From contig NW_027271844.1 in the NCBI RefSeq assembly GCF_040938485.1, positions 434,001 to 498,000 on the forward strand: a stretch of 64,000 bases of DNA, given 5' to 3'. The stretch comes from Diadema antillarum. Taxonomy: Eukaryota. The notes under the pieces were generated by a model, which saw nothing but the letters and a program-made list of their open reading frames with translations, searched no databases and had not been told where the DNA came from. The stretch's first letter is position 1. Each line of letters starts with the position of its first letter. Below, piece by piece: positions 49,602 through 62,040 of this stretch. Made by a program: the position numbers and the translations under genes.

Positions 49602-50329
49602 TTAATGCCTTCATGTTGCCTGGCCTTGATCAGGCTATAACCAAGGTGTCTTCTTCCATGCAGTTGTGAAAAATGATGTCATTCTCTCTGAAAAGTTCTT
49701 AAAACAGTTTTAGGTGATTCCTGGTGAAAAAGCCTATAAAGCAATTATGTAGTGCCTATATACAGGTATACAGTAGACGCGTGGTTAGACTTCCTTATTT
49801 GTTTCATCTTTCAAAGCAGACTGGTGTTGCTGTTGGACCTCACAAGATAGTGTTGTACGTTTATTTTTTTTATTGAAACTGTCTGTAATCTATGTTATGC
49901 TATGAAAGCGCCGTTATCAAATAACGAAGCACTATACGGCTCAAATTGACCTCAATGAAATTTGGATGTTCCGTGATCGATATACTTAATCGCATAAGTT
50001 GCTTCAAAGAATGCATTGTTTTGCATTGGAGTGGGATATTTTAGGAACCTAGACGCATACATGATGAAAATGAATGCAAATGAATATTGATTACTCGATA
50101 CTTTGCTTGGGGTGATTTTTTTTCCGTCCCTTAAATTTCAACAAGGAGTGCAGAATGAGATAAAAACCATTACATTTCAGAAATAATGAGAGCAAAATAT
50201 GTTATGCTGCACACTCTGGATGAAATATTTGGAAATTGTTAAATCCCAAAAGTGCATTAAGTCTATAGGCCGGAGGTGAACCAAACAGGGGAAAATTGAG
50301 GGAGAGGGGGTACCTCCCCCCACCCCCCC

Positions 50330-50562
50330 ATGATTCCATGAGATTTGCTCCTGCGCCAATTGTTCCCATGAAATATTTGCACACTCCGCCAAACGTAACA
50401 AATTCTACCCACAAACATAGCCCTAACCCTAATCCTAATCCTAATCCTCACATGAAACTAAAGCTAAAACCATATCATAACCCTAACCCTATTCCTAAGT
50501 GCTTGGAGAAAATAAGACAGGAACAATTCATGCGGGAACAAAATTTAATGTCGTATCATACC
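50330..50562. mobile_element. Copy of the CCCTAA-containing MITE family
   Basis: ATTTGCTCCTGCGCCAATTG...CCCTAACCCTAATCCTAATCCTAA...GAGAAAATAAGAC, collinear with 6245-6455. Confidence 0.68.
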
Positions 50563-50699
50563 ACCCTCAACCCTACACACGATAGGCTTTTGCATTTTTA
50601 GAATATAAATTCAACGATTTCATGCACACTTTGGGTTATGAAAACGATATGAAATGAATATGGCTATAGGAAAAGACCAAAAGAAGAAAACCCTCACTT

Positions 50700-51960
50700 T
50701 TGAATGTTATGAAGAAGCGCTAGCATAATATGACCTTCCATTAGATGTTAGTCAGACGTGTAGAGTAGAAATGAGATAAATGAAGTACGGGCATTTATTA
50801 CGAACACGCAATGTAACTCATTCATCTAACGAAAGGCGCTGTAGCATAAGGTAATGATTAAAAAAAAAGAGCTTGAGCAAAACTTTGCCTTCGATTACCT
50901 CTTTGAATCCGCCTGGCTGAAAACAAAATGAGAGGAAAACATTTGGTCTAAAGTGAGAGACAACAAAGAAAATGCAACTCATTCATTTAAAAATAAAATA
51001 GTCACATTGAAATGCGTCTTTAATAGCAGGATATTTACTTATACAGTGCTGCTTGTTGCGCCTTCCATTTACTCCTAAGTCGTGGTTGCCGATCAGAAAT
51101 GAGAATAAAGAAATATTCCTTTATCACGAGCATGATATTTGAAAAGGAAGGCCAAGTCATTCGTCTGAATATACTTTAAAGAGGCCTCAGCACAATTAAT
51201 GTCAACTGTGCATAGCTGGTTAGGTTGTGCCTTCATTAGCTATGTGAGTCAGACCTGCTGGGCGAAATGAAAAGAGAGAGAGAGAGAGAGAAATGTAGCA
51301 AGAATAAGGATAGGAATGCAACTCATTCAGTACAACACACTGAAAGGCTTTCAGCGAGATTTGTAGCCTTGTACAATGTACATAGCTGCTATTTGTGCCT
51401 TCCATTAACTCGTTAATTCAGGGTTGCCAAACAAAAATTAAAAACGAAGCATGTTGCTTTCAAAAGAAAATACGAAGATATTACAGCCCATACATTTGAC
51501 AAATATTTATACCGAAAGGCGTCTTTGCAGGATATGCTTAAACTTGTACACTGCTTCTAGTTGTGCCTTCTATTATTTCTTTCCGGTAAGTAGGGTACGT
51601 CGTAGAGTTTGTAATCATCTCCGACATGCAGATCAAAACACGCCAAACGCCCACCATGATTGATTGCTTCTCAATTCCTGCCAAATGTACTCGAGAATAA
51701 ACAAATGCAGGATGTACACGTAAACCATGACCGCAGCAAAAGCCCATCAAGGCTTGGTATTTCCAAGAGATGAATGATATATTACTGCTCTCTTGATCTC
51801 CTCATAATGGGCGTGAACACTGTACCATAGTACATGGCTGGTGCATGATTGCTTTTGTACTGCATCGAAGAGCTTTGTTAAAACAAATAAAACAACTCAA
51901 CAAAAATACGAACGAACATTTTACACCTTTAAAGACTTTGTGTAAGGGTTTCAGCGAGTG
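50700..51960. repeat. Highly degenerate ~168-bp periodic repeat
   Basis: GCCTTC(C)ATT-like motif at 50887, 51060, 51229, 51397, 51565; AATGCAACTCATTCA and GAAAGGC motifs recur between them. Outer limits approximate. Confidence 0.6.
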
Positions 51961-52330
51961 TATATTTTTGGAGTTTATCATTGCACATTTTTATTGTACC
52001 CAGTTAGTTTTTTAATTGTTTGTTTGTTGGTTTGTTTGAATGACCGATTGATTGACTGATGACTGAATGCCTGGTTGATCAATTGAGCCCTTGGCAGTGC
52101 AAAGACTGCATTTTGTAAACAGGGCTGACTTTTAAAACATCGATGTTATCTTGATTTATCGGTGTCAAATTATAATCTATTCAAATCAAAGATTCACATC
52201 TGCATCGTAATGTAAACATACACCATTCCCATCCCCATTCACGCTGTGCAATGAATACTGAAAGAGGGTCATATTACTCTGTTTGCAGTGATAATTTTTT
52301 TTTTCAGAGAAGGGCAAATCCTTATTGATA

Positions 52331-52550
52331 GGTTCCATGACATTTGCTCCTGCGACAATTGATCCCATGAAATATCTGCTCCCTATTAAAGCTTGAAATA
52401 AATTCTACCCAAAATATAACCCGAGTAAACCCTAATCTTACTATTCAAATGAAACCAAGCCTAAAACTCATCACAATCCTAGTCCTAACCCAAAGTCCTT
52501 GGGGATAATAACAAAGGAGCAGTTGTCGCCGGAGCAAATGCGCTGTCACC
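52331..52550. mobile_element. Copy of the CCCTAA-containing MITE family
   Basis: GGTTCCATGACATTTGCTCCTGCGACAATTG ... GTTGTCGCCGGAGCAAATGCGCTGTCACC. Confidence 0.7.
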
Positions 52551-53362
52551 TTTTGACAGAGATGACATACTAACTTTCAGACTTTTAAATTTTTGTTCAT
52601 CATATGACAATATTGTGTTAGGAGACAGCCGGCGTTATAGTCCAAGTATTCAAAGAAAACAAACCTTATTTTCTTCCTCTTTTCAAAATGTCCAACGCAC
52701 TAAGTTCATGGTGCGTAATGGCAAATATATGGGGTTTAATAACGGAACATTATCTTGAACAAACTACACTCGACCTTAACAACTCTGCGGTGCTCAAGTA
52801 GTGATTAGAAGCAATAAGGGAAGACGTCAGATGTGACATATGATGAAATGGTGTAGAGGGTTGTCATAGCGACCCTCTCTGAATACGTAGCTTGTAACTG
52901 CGTTGTCTTGTAATTCTTACCAAGGCTGACGAGATAGCTCGAGCTAAGCGGAAATTAGGTCTCTCAATCTTCTAATTGTATGGCGTCCGAATTCAAACCT
53001 CGTCTAAACAGCCATAAAAGTTGTGGTTGAGCGCCGGAAAATGTTAATGGAGAGCATGTACGTCGCTATTTATTGTCACCTACTTCCCAACGTCGTCAGC
53101 ACAATTAGACACTCGAATGTAAGTTTAACTAACAACCATAAAACCAAGACGAAGTATCAAACCAAACTTATGAAAAGGACTCTCTAATCGAATGTCGCCT
53201 TGATCTAACTCTTTGCTTACATGGAGATTAAGAAGCGAGCAGACAGGATCATCACGACGCAATATTGTAAAGCCACTTCTGACAGGTTGTCTGACATGTC
53301 TGAATTCATGTTTTTCCCCTTTCTTCCTCCGACATGTATTGAAGAGCTTCCGTTTGCAAATG

Positions 53363-53394
<32 letters not shown>

Positions 53395-54219
53395 CACACA
53401 CACACACACACACACGAAAATGAAAACGAAGACAAAACGCCAAGATCTGCCCTGACTGGATATGAATATACCAACGACCAGATTGACATCTTCAGGGGAT
53501 ATTGATATCTTAAGGGATTTATGATATTTGACAGACGTAATGCTTGTCCTCCACGCTCCAGCTTCTCTTCCACGTCTGATATCAGGACAATAACCTTGTG
53601 ACCGTGACAGCTCCTCTCGAACTTTCAATTCACCATTGTGACGGTTCATATCCGGAGAGACGTTTCGCAGCAACAACACAGTATAAACACGTATAAAGAG
53701 AATAAGAGTTCATATTTTTTATGCCACATGAAGCACAACATTTTATTGACATGTGGTCACTCTGTTTTACACTGTTTTGTTTCTCTCTGTAAAAGTGCTT
53801 AACAAGAGAGAGCAAATCAAAGCAAAGCAAAGCAAAAAAAAAAAAATAGTTGGTACGAGTTCTGTGGTATCCTGTCACCACCATGAAAAGAAAAGATCCT
53901 GAAAACCGATTAATCATCGTTATTATTCATAGACCAGCATGGAACTAGACATCTCAAGAGAATAAAAAAGTACGGCTTATTCCGACTTTGCCTTCAGTAT
54001 CGAAGATGATTTCGAGGAAGAAAAGTGACAACGCTTGTACTCTAAATCTTGATTTACGACTAAAACAGTTGTTTCATGCTGATTACATGCGATTTTCTTT
54101 TCCTTCTAAGCCCCTATCTCCAGATGTGAGTACATACAGCATAATTCTGCTATCAAACATAAAATGTGCACACAAAATCTTTAAAGGTATTCCTTTATTA
54201 TAGTTTAAGACAACAGATT

Positions 54220-54470
54220 CCCAGTTGGAGGACCTGAGTTAGATTTCCGCAGCTCAGTGCTTACACATTTGGAGAAGACGTTTTTTTTTATAAAATCGGC
54301 TATGTCACTCTCGACCCAGGTTTATAAAAGGGTACATGGCAACGCTAGGGTAATAATAATGACAGTGCCGTCTGGTACAACAGTGGCAACAGTGAAGAGG
54401 CTACTCCAGATATCAAGAAGATCATACTGTTGTTAAGGTCTACGACCTATCCTGCTGCAGCTAGTTTACA
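54220..54470 (+). mobile_element. Degenerate SINE
   Basis: CACTCTCGACCCAGGTTTATAAAAGGGTAC core resembling deuterostome tRNA-SINE central domains; boundaries approximate. Confidence 0.4.
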
Positions 54471-54859
54471 GTCAAGTTCAACGTCCTATCAGCAGTAATT
54501 GACCACACAGCCCAATATAAACTGGGAGTTTAACGAAGTTGTTAACACCCCTTGTAGTAATCATGTGTTAAGTCCTTTTGTCCCATTGTTGTATAGCTTA
54601 TCCTTTCGGTGTTTAACATTGCACTAGTCAAATCATTCTGTGGAGGGCAGTTGTAGCCCACTGCCTGATTGTGCAAGGATTAGTGCCCTTGTAAGACCAA
54701 GATAGATGCCTTGGTGAATTCAGATTGCATTTTGACTTCTTGCAGATAGGAGTCTGAGCTTTGCCATCTTGAAATAAAGACCTGAGTAAATGTTTGTTCC
54801 AGCATCTGACATGACTTGATGGCTCTTTGACTGATTTCCTGACTCCACATCTAACGCAT

Positions 54860-54909
54860 TATTATCGTTGTTATTATTATCATTAGTATTATTATTATTA
54901 TCATTATTA

Positions 54910-54951
<42 letters not shown>
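54860..54951. repeat. (ATT)n microsatellite
   Basis: Direct reading; explains the poly-Asn ORF. Confidence 0.95.
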
Positions 54952-54953
<2 letters not shown>

Positions 54954-55887
54954 CTCTTCCGGCCAATTGCTCACGCTTCGGTACTAGCTAGAGGATTGTG
55001 GGGCATGCATCAGTGTTAAAACTTTTTTCTTACATCTCTTACGCTGACAACTCTGGCGTGAACTGTACGTGGTATGGACAAGCACATTGGTAACAATACA
55101 AAGAATGAGCTAAATGGTATTTTCTAGCCACCAACATATCGACTTACTCTGAGCAACCTCATGGTAAAGCCCAACTACACGAATCGAATATATCATGTAT
55201 TCGTACTAAAGAGATGAACTTATGCTTAAAAATTATGATATATACTGTATGCAAACATGTGACCTTAGATTGCTACCCACGTGGTGTCCAACTCGAGTTG
55301 TTTAAACAAATACAAGACACAGAATAACATATTCACAAATCATAAAGCTGTGATTAAGCTGCCAAAATTGATGATAAAGATGAATAGAGCCCTCCATAAA
55401 AAGTAATTGACACTTTGATAGATTTCAGCAACAGATTACAGGTATGCCTGGGAAAACACTGCCAACACTTTCCCGACGTAGGAACTAAAATGCATCTACT
55501 ACTGCCCAGAGGACTTTAAACAAAAGATTGATTGCATGTAAGGAGTAAAATAGAGGGGGGTTTCTTGGTTGTGATAGTGCTAGACTTCATGTCACAGTTA
55601 CTTTTTTTTGCAGCATTTTAGCGAAAGATATGAGACTCCAACCTACATCGACGACTGAAATTAGATAGCATATTCCATTAACACACTGTTATCAGAACGA
55701 TCAGTGTTTTCTACCAATCACAAGAAATGAAACCAGTCCTTCGCATTTTCCTTCTACGAAAAATAGGTTCAATTTTGCACTTTTACGTGTGACAAACCGG
55801 GAGAACCTTTACGGGTGCAATTTTGCACCTTTCAGACCAGAGAGGTGCAAAATTGCATCTTTAACGGTGCTTATATCGTCTGACAAT

Positions 55888-56362
55888 TGAAGACCTGAAT
55901 ATAAGAACGACCCAAGTCCAATTTTTGGCCAAGTTCAGTTTGATATGGGAAATTGTAGCTTATGCATGGACTCATCTTGTGTATAAATGATAAATCCTGC
56001 TTACCCTCGGAAGTGCCTGAAATGAATGAGTTAAATCTTACATCAATGTTAGAATGAAGGACTTGGGTCATTCTTACATTCATATTATAGCGCCCTCTGT
56101 CATCCTTCTCTTATCTCTATAGCAGAATATCATGTATATGAATCAAAGAACGACCCAAGTCCATCACACAAAATGGCCTCCCCACAATTAATGTAAATGT
56201 TAATTGTCATAATAATATATGTTCTAATTTGTATATACAATGTTGCCTTCCCATCACATTTAAATAGAACATTTTTGGAAAAATAAAAAAGATATGAAGT
56301 TTTTTAAAGTTTACTCGAAATGGTCTTCCATGGACTTGGTCGATCTTATATTCATATACTCA
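55888..56362. mobile_element. ~475-bp MITE, copy A (TGA...TCA ends)
   Basis: Subterminal TIR TGAATATAAGAACGACCCAAGTCCA / TGGACTTGGTCGATCTTATATTCA; flanks AT/AT; inverted copy at 57536-58014. Confidence 0.8.
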
Positions 56363-56576
56363 ATTGCAAAGTTGTACCCGTAAAGGTACTACAATATTGT
56401 GTCACATATAAAGGTGCGAAGTTGAACCTTTGCATCTGAGAGAATGAATTGTTATAGATATTGAATGAAGAGGAGCATGTCTTGACTACAATCTATTGAA
56501 CGGGTTAAGAGAAACAAACGTACCGCAAGCTGGAAAAGGGATGATGTTAATTACAAGGTTAAAAAGGGGCCTGATT

Positions 56577-56819
56577 CTACAGACTGACTGTTTGCATGAC
56601 TGTCGAAGAAGACTTCGATGGGATGCTTTTCCTTGAAGAGAACGACTGCTTGCGCTGCGTGCACCACAGGTCGAACACTCTCTTGTTGGCGCAAAAAGCG
56701 AAAAAGATGTAGACCCCCTGCAGAGAGTTCAGAATGATGAAGACGTACCAGAGGGCGTCCTGTTGACAGAAAGCCGCCACGTACCCAATCAGCCAGGTGA
56801 AACCCATAATCGTCGAAAT
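56577..56819 (-). CDS. SMB-7TM receptor exon 3 (TM6-7 and tail)
   Basis: TTTCAAAG acceptor, ISTIMGFTWLIGY...LNSLQGVYIFFAFC...QTVSL then TAG. Confidence 0.94.
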   Translation of the reverse strand: MSTIMGFTWLIGYVAAFCQQDALWYVFIILNSLQGVYIFFAFCANKRVFDLWCTQRKQSFSSRKSIPSKSSSTVMQTVSL

Positions 56820-59800
56820 CTTTGAAATTAATGCCAAACAAAGAAAAGTTAGATGACCCATGAATACTCTTAATCGATCAATTTTAAAAGAGTATTTTGG
56901 TAAACAACTGTGCTCTGAATGAATGGAATAAATTAATCTCCACACTTGTCATCAAGTTGTTAAATTTTGATTTACTTCTTGCTTCACTCTGTTTCAGAGG
57001 ATAGAAGAGGAGTAGGTGTAAATCAAATAATACTTGACAGGCTTGCAAATACACGACAAGGGCTTCGTGTCATTGACCTAAAGCATGTAAAGACAAACTC
57101 GGTAGAAAATATTGACGACACAATATTCACTTGGAGAGTATACTAAGAGACGAATTCTGGGATGACTTTGTTTTCTCCAGAAAACAAATACTTTATTGTT
57201 CTTCAAATGTAGATATGACAGTGTGTTATCAATTAAGGAAAAATCTTACTCCTTCTATGTCTTTATGTTTTCCGTTTTAAGTTTCATCGATTTCAGTACT
57301 CATATTTCGCCACATAGGGAAATTGTCTTATGTACCTACTCAAGTGTCGCAGCCGTCATTCTTGTTTGCACAGTAAGTTATTCTTAAAGATTGTCCCAAT
57401 AACGAATCTGGCGCATATAGTAAAATAACTTCATGATTAGCTATTACAAACACTCCATTTCAGTAATGAAAGATGTAATCGCATTTACTGCATTTATTCT
57501 TTGTTGCATTAAGTCAATTATAACTAGGGCTTAAATGAGTATATGAATATAAGAACCACCCAAGTCCATGGAAGACCATTAATTTTCGAGTAAACTTTAA
57601 AAAACTTCATATCTTTTTTATTTGTAAAATAATATTGTATTTAACTGTGATGGGAAGGCAACATTGTATATACAAATTAGAACAATATATTACTATGACA
57701 ATTAACATTTACATTAATTGTGGAGAGGCCATTTTGTGTGATGGACTTGGGTTGTTCTTTGATTCATATACATGATATTCTGCTATAGAGATGGGAGAGG
57801 GATGAGAGAGGCGCTATAACATGAATGTAATAGTGACCCAAGTCCCTCATTCTTACATTCATATAAGATTTAACTCATTCATTTCAGGCAATTCCGGGGG
57901 TAATTAGGATTTCATTTATACACAAGATGAGTCCATGCATAAGCTACAATTTCCCATGTCAAACTGATTTTGGCCTAAAATTGGACTTGGGTCGTTCTTA
58001 TATTCAGGTCTTCAAATGCTTGTACATGGGGGAAATAAAAAACAACGACAACTAATCGGCAAACAGACAAACACATTCGGAAAGGAAAGCTAACATTTCT
58101 TTTCTTCATGTTACGTCTCATCTTCCCACGCAATATACTGGACACTTTTGTGACTGACAATATTAAAGATGGTGGTACATGCGTTTTACCTTGGTATAGA
58201 TACGCAAATTTTCTGCGTTGTTGGTTTCTGTCTTTGCGCCCTCACGAAGTTCTCTTCTCTCCCGAGTACTGAGGTGAATTCCACGGACAGTTTTGGCGAA
58301 GAAGATGGCGTTCAGCGTCAAGGCTACGGCCACGGGACCGCCGAAAGCTACCAGATTAGCGTAACCATCACCGATCCAACAGGACAGTTCATCGCCATAC
58401 CGAATGAGGTCTGAGTTCACGCCAAAACTTACAGCAACACCAACTCCCACTATCAAGAGTGGCAAGCCAAAGGCCACTAGAAGGTACTTCCTCAAGATCG
58501 CGCTGCTCTTGCCGGAAATGCTGATGGACGAATGAGCTCCAAATGTCCTAGCGAGATCAAAGGCGAGCGACGTCGATATCGAGAACACCGACAACCAGAA
58601 GAAATGTGATACCGCGGCGACAATCGAGCACGTCAATGGATGTGCAGTGGCGAACCCGCCGAGCATCAACAGGGCTTGAGCAATGAGAAGGCAAGCGCAG
58701 AGAATCATGATAAGTTTGCTACTGACTAATTTCCGCAATGAAGCGAAAGTGAAGTACGTAATGAGGGTGAAAGTGAGCGCGGTGACTGAAAGCAGCGTGC
58801 CACCAAAACTCAAATAAACATGTACAGGGGAGTACTGGAAGAATGACCAAATTGTTGTCACGTTAATTGTGCCATTTTGTGCCAAAAAGTGACATACACT
58901 AACAAGATATCCAGTATAGAAATAATTTTCTGGTGGTATAACATCACCGGTCGGCTTGTATTTCAAGCTGTTGTTCCCGTCAAATCGTTCAAACAGGTCG
59001 ATACTCAACAATAGACGGGGACAGGTAGGAGTAGTAACTGTCTGATTACAATTGATTATCGTAATGTCTTTCACGAAATTGACTGCGCCTTGCATGCCAC
59101 TATAAGTTGTTCCTAAAACCATGAAGTTGTCTTCCCCACTCCAGTCAATGCTCTCCCAAAAGGTGTCAACTTCTGTTCGCAGCTCTGATGACTCCATGGA
59201 TCGATTGCAAATTGCTAGATTGCCTGGAAAATTGCAATGTCCGAATATCGATGCGGAAGAGAGCCCGCATCCGGGGTCAAGATGGTTAGTCAAATACTCG
59301 TCAAAATGGGCCACTACGCTCGCATAGTCGACGTGAGCAAATATATTTAATCTCGATCTGTTGGTTCCAATTGTGTAGTTGTCTCGACATTCCATGGAAT
59401 GGCTTGTAAAACCTGCGATACTGTTCAGTATTTCCAACGTGCAGTTGTGAAATAGTCCGTTCAACATGCCTGAACATGTGTCGCTCTCCGATACAAATAC
59501 GATTGTAGTCATTGTGTTGTTGGTGGACTCCAGCAAGTCGCAAATCACATCCTCAACATTGTCTTCCCACACGCATTCGTTTTCATACAACGTAGAACCT
59601 TGTGGGCACGTGAGTGTCAAGCAATGGCTGGTGAAAGGGTCAAACGCCCTTCCAGAAATGCATGTTATTGTTTTTGCTGTTATAGTCTCGTATTTCGTCG
59701 AAAGCCTGACTCCGCTTTCGGAAGAAAAATCGAACAAAACTGAAATCGGCTGTCCAAGTAATGCTTCCATCCTACCTTCACAGGGACATTTGAAGTACTT

Positions 59801-62040
59801 AAAACGGCTAGGAATACCTGCAGGTGAGCAGTCAAAGTGTCCATAGTTTTCATAGATTATCAGATTGTTTTCGTACAGTACTGAATCGACATGAAGAGTA
59901 TCACACGCTTGCGAAACTAAAATATCTGTACCTAAAAAGCACGTCTCGACGGTTTGGGACATGTATCTAGAGCACGTTGTCAGAATGGGCTCATCGAATC
60001 CATAGTCTGGGGGATCAACGGACAATGTGCAGCCTGACTCGTTGACTGCTTTTTGAATCGAGAACGTTTGTTCCATTTTAAAGCTATAAATATCACAGTT
60101 TAACAGTGTCACTTTCCATGGTGTGACGTAATCAGCCGTAATACCATTGCAAACGGCACAGAAAATGTTCTTAAAACTGCCTACGCCTTCCTGGCTGACA
60201 GGTAAGTCCGCCACGGATAACTCAGCGGTTGACACGTTTTCGCATTTCCATCGAATGTCATCGTCGGTCCAATCTGCTGGACAGGACGCAATGAGAAGGT
60301 AGTTTCGCTTTTCCTCGAACATTAGACTCATCTTTGTCTTCACTTCGGAGCAGCGAAAACTGCTTCGCTGGTACTGGTGAGAGGTGATGCAACCATTGTC
60401 CTCCAGAGAGCCGTATGTGTTTACGGGACAGCAATCTCCGAACACGACGCAGGCGGCATCGCATTTACAGGATGGCGTTGTCAGAGTAGGCTTTGGACAG
60501 AGAGGATCACTGCAATTCTCATTAGGACACAGTGGGATTGACAGGTCGTTGTAAGAGATGTTGTGGCATTCTACGTTGAATGAGGAAGAGTAGGGTTGAT
60601 AAACAGAAGAAAAGAAATAATATACACGTATATAAGAAAGGTAGTTTAGGGTTAGGGTATGCTTAGGGAATAAGGTGAAAAATTTACGACACTTTTACAA
60701 TAATCAGATTTTTTTTTCAATTCAGCTCGAATCGAATCAATTCCATTTTCATCAAGTACGAAATTTTACAAGGAAAGACAATCTAGCAATAATGAGAGGA
60801 CCGAGACCCCAAACAGTAAGGGCTTACGAGATAGGTGTATCCCTTTACTTTACATTTTCAAAGGCATGTAACATGTCCATGAAAACGAGCAGATATAAGA
60901 TTGTACACTTTAGACAAACAAAGAAAAAAAAATGGTGATCAGACAGAGCATGAAGACGTCATCTACATCGGACACAAAAACACATATGCAAAAAAAAAAA
61001 ATAAAAATGTGGCATTGGTACTTTTTAAGTGCCACGAGAAAGTGATGGTACCTCTTTTCAAAGGCTTTAGATGGTTTGAAAAAAAAAATACTTAATTTAA
61101 TGTCTTTGCTATGATTTGACAGCAGCTGATTGGGCAATGACAAAAGTTGATATTTCCATAACCCGAAATGTCACTATTGTCACTCGTCATTTGGTTCAGC
61201 TTACAAAGCTTAATTTACCATTTGCAGATGAAACAAAAACCCAGCATTAGTGCTTCAAAATAGTTCTAAAATGTGAGTCAGGAATAGAAACAACCAATGT
61301 AAAAATTGAATCAGTACAATCGATCTTAAGTATAATTAGACATACAAAATGTGAACAATAGTTATAATAAGACTGTTTCCAGACTAATTCATCTACAGTT
61401 ATGGTTTATTGAAAAAAGCAGTGATATCTCCTTAAGTTTAAGGCTTTATTGCAAACAATGTTATATGGTAGGATGTTTTGTGATACAACAGACCTACACA
61501 TATCCATCAAAATGTGATATCTTGAACATTTTTCAATCACTGCTCCCAAAGGTAAACAGGTCTTTAATATGCTAATAACCCGAAATTTCACAACTCTTCA
61601 CTAATCATCTTGATTCGGCTCAATCGCAAAAAAAAAAAAAAAAAAATGAATACGCTTTCTTTTCAGATATCAAATTTTAAAGATACGAGTTGAACATGTA
61701 CTTTGTTTCATTTTTTCATGTTTTGTATAATAGAAAATGAGTGATGGGAAATGATGAAATCAAAGGAGTGAAGAGTGCGAATAAATAGGTTATGCTGAAG
61801 AAACATTCAAGAAATGGAGATTTGGAGATTAGACGACGCGTCGAGACGGAGCTGCGGATGCAATAACGTTGAGAATAAAGCAAAAGCCTTCCACATTCAT
61901 ATTACAAGCTCACCACATCCGTGATTCTCAACCGTCGACACACCGCTGACACTCGATGTTGCCTGTGACGGTGGATTGGTTGTTGATGCGCTAACAGTAA
62001 TCACCGCCCACGCCCATGCCATTATTACGCTGGTCCACAT
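56577..62040 (-). CDS. Somatomedin-B-domain class B (secretin/adhesion/methuselah-like) 7TM receptor; 3 coding exons, 2751 nt / 916 aa
   Basis: Exons 62040-61914 (signal peptide MWTSVIMAWAWAVITVSAS..., G|GTGAGC), 60570-58190 and 56819-56577. SMB-like SCKCDAACVVFGDCCP, Cys-rich ectodomain (KNIFCAVCNG), 7tm_2 motifs (HFFWLSVFS, YGDELSCWI, FGGPV, IMGFTW, LNSLQGVYIF). Phases are consistent. Confidence 0.92.
57536..58014. mobile_element. ~480-bp MITE, copy B (inverse of copy A), in the last intron of the 7TM gene
   Basis: Reverse complement of 55888-56362 along its length; flanks AA/AA. Confidence 0.8.
58190..60570 (-). CDS. SMB-7TM receptor exon 2 (SMB, ectodomain, TM1-5)
   Basis: Long pyrimidine tract and CGTAG acceptor; 2381-nt open frame; AAG|GTAAAA donor. 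Confidence 0.94.
61914..62040 (-). CDS. SMB-7TM receptor exon 1 (signal peptide)
   Basis: ACCATG start context, hydrophobic leader, phase-1 GTGAGC donor matching the acceptor at 60570. Confidence 0.83.

Noticed and set aside
53125-53679. 184-aa minus-strand ORF
   Set aside because: Crosses a (CA)n microsatellite, has no domain signature and no clear splice context.
53650-53680. GAAACGTC on the minus strand, resembling a hammerhead 3' half
   Set aside because: No upstream CUGANGA core or helix II.
54720-54974. Poly-Asn ORF
   Set aside because: Translation of an (ATT)n microsatellite.
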